Assembly: GCA_963820825.1 (NCBI GenBank)
Contig: CAWGBN010000006.1
Span: forward strand, 96,001-160,000
DNA from: Vulcanimicrobiota bacterium
GTDB taxonomy: Bacteria; Vulcanimicrobiota; Vulcanimicrobiia; Vulcanimicrobiales; Vulcanimicrobiaceae
DNA: 64,000 nucleotides
Reading direction: 5' to 3'
The position numbers and the translations under genes were made by a program. Shown in pieces: positions 58,359 through 64,000 of the stretch; position 1 is the first letter of the stretch, and every line of letters begins with the position of its first letter. A model generated the notes under the pieces. The model was not told the origin of the DNA and did no database searches. It was given only the letters and a program-made list of their open reading frames with translations.

Positions 58359-59468
58359 CTATCCAAGGCGCTCGAGCAGCGCTTCGTCGTCCAGAGGCTG
58401 CAGGTCGACGGGTACGCGTGGACGCACCGGAGCGGCAAGCTGCGCGGCGATGATGCGCCGGCGCTGCGGCGCAATCGCATCGCGGCGTTCCAGGAACCGC
58501 TTTACCAGCGCGCGCTCTTCGCCAGAGAGATACGCCGTCGGCGCGTAGGCCGGCTCCTCGTCGGTGCGCGCAAGCTCCGTCCCCGGCGCGATCCCGTTGG
58601 CATCGGCGCGCGCGCGCAGGTCGAAGTAGTAGACGGCCAAGACCAGCGCAACGAACGGCGTGACGAGCGTACGAACGGCTGCGTCGATCGTCACGTAGGC
58701 CGCCGGCAGATGCGAGAACTCTAGGAAACCGAGCATGTCAGCGAGCGCGATCGAGAGGCTCGCAATCGCGCCGACCGCAAGCCCGCAGAGCAGCGCGCGT
58801 CCGAGCTCGTGCCGGGTGAGAACCCGTCCGGCGTTCAATCGCAGCGACGCGCCCGCATCGAGATCCTCGACGACGACGCCGTAGAGCGCACACGCGATCG
58901 TAACGACGAGCGCGAGCAGCACGAAACCGATCGCGACGAGCACGAAGCTCACCGCGAGCGTCGCGACGAACGGGAGCAGCGCTGCGGCAAAGGCCGCGGC
59001 GGCAAAGACGGGAATCGCCGCCACGAGGATCGAGACGCCGTACGCGGCGCAGACGACGAGCACCGCGACTGCGACCAGCGCGAGGATCGAGGACCAGCGT
59101 GCGACCACGACCGCGTAACAGGCGCGAAACTCGACGCGTTCGCCGCGATAGAGGCGGGCGACGCCGACGCCGACGGCACTCGTCGCGAAAGCGAGCAATA
59201 CGTAGCCCACGAGGACCGAGAGGAGCGCGAGCCCGAGCGCGGCCGGCGAGAGCGCCGGCAAGTGCTCCGCGCGCAACCGCTCCGGATGCTGCAAGATCTC
59301 CAGCGACGCATCGAGCTGCGGTTGCTCGAAGAGGTCGACGGCGTATTGCACGATGGCGAACGGCACGATCGCCACGAGCGCGAGCGCGGCGAAGGCCGCA
59401 AAGTAACGAGCGTATAACGCGAACGCCCGGTTGAAGATTCCGCCTAAGTCGAGCGGTCGCAGGTCCAT
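58359..59468 (-). CDS. Multi-pass membrane protein with a C-terminal domain like that of RDD-family proteins
   Basis: MDLRPLDLGGIFNRAF.LY start, YFDLR.R motif, tail LS.EE..LV.RFL.RR..I.P..R..IA.QLA. Confidence 0.65.
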   Translation of the reverse strand: MDLRPLDLGGIFNRAFALYARYFAAFAALALVAIVPFAIVQYAVDLFEQPQLDASLEILQHPERLRAEHLPALSPAALGLALLSVLVGYVLLAFATSAVGVGVARLYRGERVEFRACYAVVVARWSSILALVAVAVLVVCAAYGVSILVAAIPVFAAAAFAAALLPFVATLAVSFVLVAIGFVLLALVVTIACALYGVVVEDLDAGASLRLNAGRVLTRHELGRALLCGLAVGAIASLSIALADMLGFLEFSHLPAAYVTIDAAVRTLVTPFVALVLAVYYFDLRARADANGIAPGTELARTDEEPAYAPTAYLSGEERALVKRFLERRDAIAPQRRRIIAAQLAAPVRPRVPVDLQPLDDEALLERLG

Positions 59469-59524
59469 CTCGCGCGCGCCTTCGGGCCAGGCAATCCAAT
59501 CACCCCCGATGAAGCGGAGCGCCG

Positions 59525-60166
59525 ATGCTCTTGGGAACGATCGAGGCGGCGCGACGATATCCGGTCAAGGGACTGCGCGGCGTACGGCTCGACTGCGTCG
59601 ACGTCGCAGACTCCGGCATTCCCGGCGACCGCGCGAGCGCGCTCTTCGTGCGCGACGGTCACGCCCGCGTGGGAAAGACCTATCGCGGTAAGGAGGACGA
59701 CCGGCTGCATCTGCTCTCCGATGCACAAATCGCGTGCGCGGCCGCGCTCGATCGCGGCGTCGACGTGGAACTGCGTCCCGGCGATCACTTCTTCGACGCC
59801 GCACCGATCTCGATCGTCGTCGACCGCTGGCTCGACGGCGTCAGCGCGCACGTCGGATACGCGGTGGAGTGGGAACGCTTTCGACCGAACTTCTTCGTGC
59901 GCAGCGTCGCCGGCTTCGACGCAAATGAAGACGACCTCGTCGGCGCCGAGCTGCGCGTGGGAACGGCGCGCTTGCGCGTGCGCAAGCCGATCGAACGCTG
60001 CGTCACCATCAACTACGACCTGCGCGGCGCGCCGAGCGATCCGCGAATCCTTCGGTTTCTCGCCGAGCGTCGCGAAGCGCAGTTGGGCATTTACTGCGAC
60101 GTCGTCGAGCCGGGTCGAGCCGCTCTGGGCGATTGCCTGATACGAGAGGCGCCGCTGCACTCGTAA
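59525..60166 (+). CDS. MOSC domain protein
   Basis: RYPVKG..G, GDR, ERFRPN, ERC..I, GIYC.V..PG. Confidence 0.88.
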   Translation: MLLGTIEAARRYPVKGLRGVRLDCVDVADSGIPGDRASALFVRDGHARVGKTYRGKEDDRLHLLSDAQIACAAALDRGVDVELRPGDHFFDAAPISIVVDRWLDGVSAHVGYAVEWERFRPNFFVRSVAGFDANEDDLVGAELRVGTARLRVRKPIERCVTINYDLRGAPSDPRILRFLAERREAQLGIYCDVVEPGRAALGDCLIREAPLHS

Positions 60167-60259
60167 CGGCGCCTCTCTCCCCCACACCCGGTGCCGTCTA
60201 CGATACCGCGGCGCGGCGCGGGCGGCCCTAATCAAGAATCATTAGACCGGTCGGCACTG

Positions 60260-60280
60260 CCGATTGGAAGCTCCAATCGG
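60260..60280. terminator. Stem-loop between convergent MOSC and recR genes
   Basis: CCGATTGGA-AGC-TCCAATCGG 9-bp stem, 5 nt from the recR stop; no clear U tract. Confidence 0.45.
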
Positions 60281-60285
60281 AAAGT

Positions 60286-60894
60286 TTAAAGCACGCGCCG
60301 GCCTTCCAGCGCTTTGGCGATCGTCACCTCGTCGGCATAATCTAGGTCGCCGCCGATCGGCAGCCCGTAGGCTAATCGCGTCACCACGACACCGAGCGGC
60401 TGCAGCAAGCGCGAAAGGTAGAGTGCCGTCGCTTCGCCTTCGGCGTTCGGATTCGTTGCCAGAATGATCTCCCGCGGGTCTTCGCGGCCGACGCGCTCGA
60501 CGAGCTCCTTGACGTGCAGCTGGCCCGGACCGATTCCGTCCATCGGCGAGATGAGGCCGCCCAGCACGTGGTAACGTCCCTTGAACGCGCCCGTGCGCTC
60601 GATCGCGTAGACGTCCTTCGCCTCCGCGACGACGCAGATGGTCGCGCCGTCGCGCCGATCGTCCGTGCAGAACTCGCACGGATCCGATTCGGCAAGCGAA
60701 TAGCAGATGGAGCAGAAGCGGACGTTGTCTTTGACCGCGAGTATCGCTTCGGCGAGACTCTGCGCTTCGTGACGCGGACGGTTCAGCAAGTAGAAGACCA
60801 GACGCGCCGCCGTCTTCGGCCCGATCGTCGGCAACTTGGACAGTTCGTTGATCAGCCGCGCAATGGGACTAGGAGCCTGTCCGACCTGGGTCAC
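60286..60894 (-). CDS. recR: Recombination mediator RecR
   Basis: LP.IGPKTA.RL, C..C......C..C zinc finger, YHVLGG.ISPMDG, EGEATA, GGDLDYAD. Confidence 0.96.
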   Translation of the reverse strand: MTQVGQAPSPIARLINELSKLPTIGPKTAARLVFYLLNRPRHEAQSLAEAILAVKDNVRFCSICYSLAESDPCEFCTDDRRDGATICVVAEAKDVYAIERTGAFKGRYHVLGGLISPMDGIGPGQLHVKELVERVGREDPREIILATNPNAEGEATALYLSRLLQPLGVVVTRLAYGLPIGGDLDYADEVTIAKALEGRRVL

Positions 60895-61199
60895 ATCAAT
60901 CCCGGAACGCGTATGCCCCCGGTCGCCGATGCCATTCGTTTCTGCGACGCCTCGTTCGCCTTGCTCAGCGCATCGTTCATCGCAACCGCGACGAGGTCTT
61001 CGAGCGTGTCGACGTCGTCGGGATCGACGGCCTCTTTCGCAATCCTCACCCGCTGCACGCGCTGGTCGCAACTGAGCTCGACCGTTACCGCGCCGCCGGC
61101 AGCGCTCCCGCTGACGATCGTCTTGGCGAGCTCTTCTTGCGCCTTCTGCATCTCGGCCTGCATCTTCTTGAACTGCGCCATCAAATGAGCTTGATTCAT
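60891..61199 (-). CDS. ybaB: YbaB/EbfC nucleoid-associated protein
   Basis: KMQ.EM.KAQEEL, G.A.GG.V.V, DPDD...LEDLV..A.NDA; sits between dnaX and recR. Confidence 0.93.
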   Translation of the reverse strand: MNQAHLMAQFKKMQAEMQKAQEELAKTIVSGSAAGGAVTVELSCDQRVQRVRIAKEAVDPDDVDTLEDLVAVAMNDALSKANEASQKRMASATGGIRVPGLM

Positions 61200-61201
61200 G
61201 A

Positions 61202-62797
61202 TTACCGTATCCGTTCGTTTGCGTAATCGAAGAGCGCGTCGGGAGTCTCGTCGGAGGCCGCCGCCGCGCGCGCTGCGTTTCCATCGATGCGCAGCCGTAC
61301 CTGCATCGGCGCGCCGAGAACGTCGGCGATCGCCGCTTCGATCAGCGCGGAGTGGTCGCGCAGAGCGTCCGCGCTCCATGCATTGGGCAGCTTGAGCACG
61401 ATTGCGTTCCCCTCGACCGCATCGATCGCCGCGCGCGACAACGGAGCGCTGAGCGACTGGCGCCGGCTCTCGATTTTGCCGCGGATGCTCTGCCAGGCCG
61501 CGCGAACCTTCTGCACCGAGATCGTCGCTGCGCGCTTGGGTTCCGGTTCGGCCTTCACGTCGGCAGCGGCGGGCGGCTCTGCCACCGGTTCCGGCGCCGT
61601 TGCCGACGGCGTCGCAGCGGGCATTGCAGCGGACGTTGTCGTGGACGTTGCCGCCGGACGCTCTTCGAGGGCGGCAACGCGCGCGGCGAGCGCGTCGAGG
61701 GTCGGATCCTCGCTCGTGAGGATGTAGCGCAGCAGCGCGGTCTCGAGCTCGAGCCGAGCGTTGCCGCCGGAACGCGCGAGCGCGAGCGCGTCGCCGAAGG
61801 TTCGTATCGCCCGCAGGACCATTGCCTGCGAGATCCCTTCCGCCGCACGCGCAACGCGCGCTGCATCCTCCGATGCGAGATCGCGCAGGAGCAGCGCCGG
61901 ATCGATTCGCGCTACCAAGAGGTTGCGAAAGGCTACGATCAGCGAGCGGATGAGAAGCTGCAGATCGCTTCCGGCATCGCTCGCCTCCTCGACGACGGCC
62001 AGCGCCGCGGCCGCGTCGCGCGCCAGCGCCGCGTCGAGCAGCGCCTGCGTAAACGTCCGGCTCGTCGCCCCAAATGCAAGATCGAGCGTCTCGATCGTCG
62101 CGGGTCTCCCTCCGGAGAAGGCGGCGAGCTGCTCGAGCATCGTCAGCGCGTCGCGCAACCCGCCGTCGGCCCGGTATGCAATCGCCGCCAACGCTTCCTC
62201 GTCGACCGCGATCTTCTCGGCCGCGGCGATCTCCTTCATCTTCTCGATCATGACCGGCACGGCGATTCGACGAAATGCGTAGCGTTGGCAGCGCGAGAGA
62301 ATCGTTACCGGCAGCCGCTCGGGCTCGGTCGTGGCGAGAATGAAGACGGCGTGCGGCGGCGGCTCCTCGAGCGTCTTGAGAAAGGCGTTCGCGCCTTCCT
62401 TGGTGAGCATATGCGCTTCATCGATGATGTAGATCTTCATGCGCATCGTCGCCGGCGCGAATTTGACCGCCTCCCGCAGCGTGCGAATCTCGTCGATACC
62501 CCGATTGCTGGCCGCGTCGATCTCGAGGACGTCCAGCGCGGTCCCGGCCAGCATCGCCCGACAATTCTCGCAGGTATTGTCCGGAACGGCGGTCGGCCCG
62601 TTCTCGCAGTTGATGCAGCGTGCTAGAATCTTAGCAGCCGAGGTCTTTCCGGAGCCTCGTGGCCCGGAGAAAAGGTAGGCGTGAGCGAGCTTTCCGCTTT
62701 CGATCGCCGCGGTCAACGTGCGTACAACCGCATCTTGGCCAACCAGATCGGCAAACGTTCGGGGGCGCCAGGTGCGGTAGAGGGACACGGCGCTCAA
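61202..62797 (-). CDS. dnaX: DNA polymerase III subunit gamma/tau
   Basis: LYR.WRP.TF, GPRGSGKTS, EIDAASNRG, IDEAHML, KTLEEPP, SRCQ. Confidence 0.97.
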   Translation of the reverse strand: MSAVSLYRTWRPRTFADLVGQDAVVRTLTAAIESGKLAHAYLFSGPRGSGKTSAAKILARCINCENGPTAVPDNTCENCRAMLAGTALDVLEIDAASNRGIDEIRTLREAVKFAPATMRMKIYIIDEAHMLTKEGANAFLKTLEEPPPHAVFILATTEPERLPVTILSRCQRYAFRRIAVPVMIEKMKEIAAAEKIAVDEEALAAIAYRADGGLRDALTMLEQLAAFSGGRPATIETLDLAFGATSRTFTQALLDAALARDAAAALAVVEEASDAGSDLQLLIRSLIVAFRNLLVARIDPALLLRDLASEDAARVARAAEGISQAMVLRAIRTFGDALALARSGGNARLELETALLRYILTSEDPTLDALAARVAALEERPAATSTTTSAAMPAATPSATAPEPVAEPPAAADVKAEPEPKRAATISVQKVRAAWQSIRGKIESRRQSLSAPLSRAAIDAVEGNAIVLKLPNAWSADALRDHSALIEAAIADVLGAPMQVRLRIDGNAARAAAASDETPDALFDYANERIR

Positions 62798-62810
62798 ACT
62801 TTAGCAGGCC

Positions 62811-62836
62811 GTTTCAGGGCGCCTGCCGGAGGGTAT
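62811..62836 (+). promoter_or_regulatory. Sigma-B/SigF-type promoter upstream of recQ
   Basis: GTTTCA-N14-GGGTAT, about 90 nt upstream of the recQ GTG. Confidence 0.6.
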
Positions 62837-62926
62837 GGTTGCAACGAGTCCTCCCGGCGAGCGGTTATGAGTGTTGCTTCCCAGGCGGCGGCGCTTGGTC
62901 ATTTGTGGGATAGATAGACGATACCC

Positions 62927-64000
62927 GTGGATTTGCGCACAGCGCTTCAAGAGAAGTTTGGATTCGCCGGTTTTTACCCCGGCCAGGAAGAGGTCGTTTC
63001 CCGGGTCCTACGGGGCCAGGATACGCTCGCCATTCTGGCCACGGGGGCAGGCAAGAGTCTGACCTATCAGCTGCCCGCGCTCTTGCTCGAAGGGACCACG
63101 GTCGTCGTCAGCCCGCTGATCGCCTTGATGAAAGATCAGCTCGATATGCTGCGCGATCGCGGGATCACCGACGTCGTCGCGCTCAACTCGACGCTCTCCG
63201 AAGAGCAGGAAGCGCGCGCGCGGGAGCGCGTGCGGTCCGGCAACGTTCGGATCGTCTATACGACGCCCGAGAAACTCGAAGACGACGGCTTCCTGCGACT
63301 GCTCCAGTCGATTCGCGTGCCGCTCTTCGTCGTCGACGAGGCGCACTGCATCAGCCAGTGGGGCCACGACTTCCGTCCCGCCTACCTCGCCCTCGGCGGA
63401 GTCATCGCCAAGCTCGGCCATCCGACCGTTCTCGCCCTCACCGCGACGGCGACGCCGTCGGTACGCGAGGACATCCTGCACCAGCTTGGCATCGACCAAG
63501 TAAAGCCGATCGTCCGCGGCTTCGATCGCCCCAACCTCATCTACGAAGCGCGCAAAGCCGACAAGGAATCCGACAAGTTCAAGATTCTCACCAGCCTATT
63601 CGCCGGGCACGAAGCTCTGGGCGGCACGGGAATCATCTACACGGCGACGATCAAGAACGCGCTCGAGGTCCAGCAGTTTCTCAACGACGAACTCGGTATT
63701 CCCGCGGCGGTCTACCATTCGAAGCTCCATAAAGAAGATCGCACCACGGTGCACAATCTCTTTATGGACGAGGCGATTCGCGCCGTCGTCGCGACCAACG
63801 CCTTCGGATTGGGCATCGACAAGCCGAACATCCGCTTCGTCGTGCACTACGATCTCCCGGGATCGCTCGAAGCCTACACGCAAGAGGCCGGCCGCGCCGG
63901 GCGCGACGGGCTTCCGTCGCGGTGCATCCTCATCTACCGGATGAGCGACACCCGCGTGCAGAACTACTTCCTAACCGGCAAGTATCCCGACGTCGAAGAG
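62927..64000 (+). CDS. recQ: RecQ-family ATP-dependent DNA helicase (runs off the window; not in the ORF track)
   Basis: Manual translation from GTG 62927: FGF..F.PGQ, ATGAGKSLTYQLP, SPLIALMKDQ, DEAHCISQWGHDFRP, LTATAT, ATNAFGLGIDK, YTQEAGRAGRDG. Confidence 0.95.
   Translation, partial: MDLRTALQEKFGFAGFYPGQEEVVSRVLRGQDTLAILATGAGKSLTYQLPALLLEGTTVVVSPLIALMKDQLDMLRDRGITDVVALNSTLSEEQEARARERVRSGNVRIVYTTPEKLEDDGFLRLLQSIRVPLFVVDEAHCISQWGHDFRPAYLALGGVIAKLGHPTVLALTATATPSVREDILHQLGIDQVKPIVRGFDRPNLIYEARKADKESDKFKILTSLFAGHEALGGTGIIYTATIKNALEVQQFLNDELGIPAAVYHSKLHKEDRTTVHNLFMDEAIRAVVATNAFGLGIDKPNIRFVVHYDLPGSLEAYTQEAGRAGRDGLPSRCILIYRMSDTRVQNYFLTGKYPDVEE

Noticed and set aside
61202..62797. Programmed -1 frameshift in dnaX (gamma/tau)
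   Set aside because: No A AAA AAG or poly-A slippery site seen on the coding strand
62798..62926. SRP RNA (ffs/scr), which often lies upstream of dnaX
   Set aside because: No CAGG...GNRA...AGCAG helix-8 signature on either strand; only a partial GGAAGCA match
7149..63883. Many long antisense or alternate-frame ORFs (e.g. 7149-8444, 10889-12676, 21954-23885, 34760-36460)
   Set aside because: Shadow ORFs expected in high-GC DNA; they overlap well-supported genes and show no family motifs

Overview
A 64 kb, GC-rich, gene-dense chromosomal window from a diderm bacterium with a Terrabacteria-like gene order. The combination of Lpt genes, a 4-domain ribosomal protein S1, an actinobacterial-type Kgd, minCDE and sigma-B-like promoters suggests Eremiobacterota/Vulcanimicrobiota, but this is inference only. 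The content is mostly housekeeping: lptF/G-lptD, lnt-lptC, polA-DUF192-mutM-rpsA-coaE, pntAA-AB-B, an orphan RND pump, lrp-kdd-kamA, P450, LOG, kgd, rmuC, ftsEX-M23-two S41 proteases, minC-minD-minD-minE-rodA-rne, dnaX-ybaB-recR and recQ. I found no rRNA, tRNA, CRISPR array, transposase or prophage. The points of interest are small and mostly missing from the ORF track: a 55-aa metallothionein-like ORF, a 55-aa zinc-ribbon ORF, an rpsA whose only plausible start is ATC, sigma-B/SigF-type promoters before the KGG stress genes and recQ, a head-to-head pair of related long hairpin repeats, a REP-like insert in frame inside kgd, a complete lipoyl-PSBD-E2-E1 oxoglutarate dehydrogenase fusion, tandem MinD paralogues and an alpha-2-macroglobulin-like protein without a thioester domain. 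Five frameshifts (kdd twice, kgd, rne, second minD) are all single-base insertions and are most likely sequencing errors. I see no single large, clearly novel multi-gene system.
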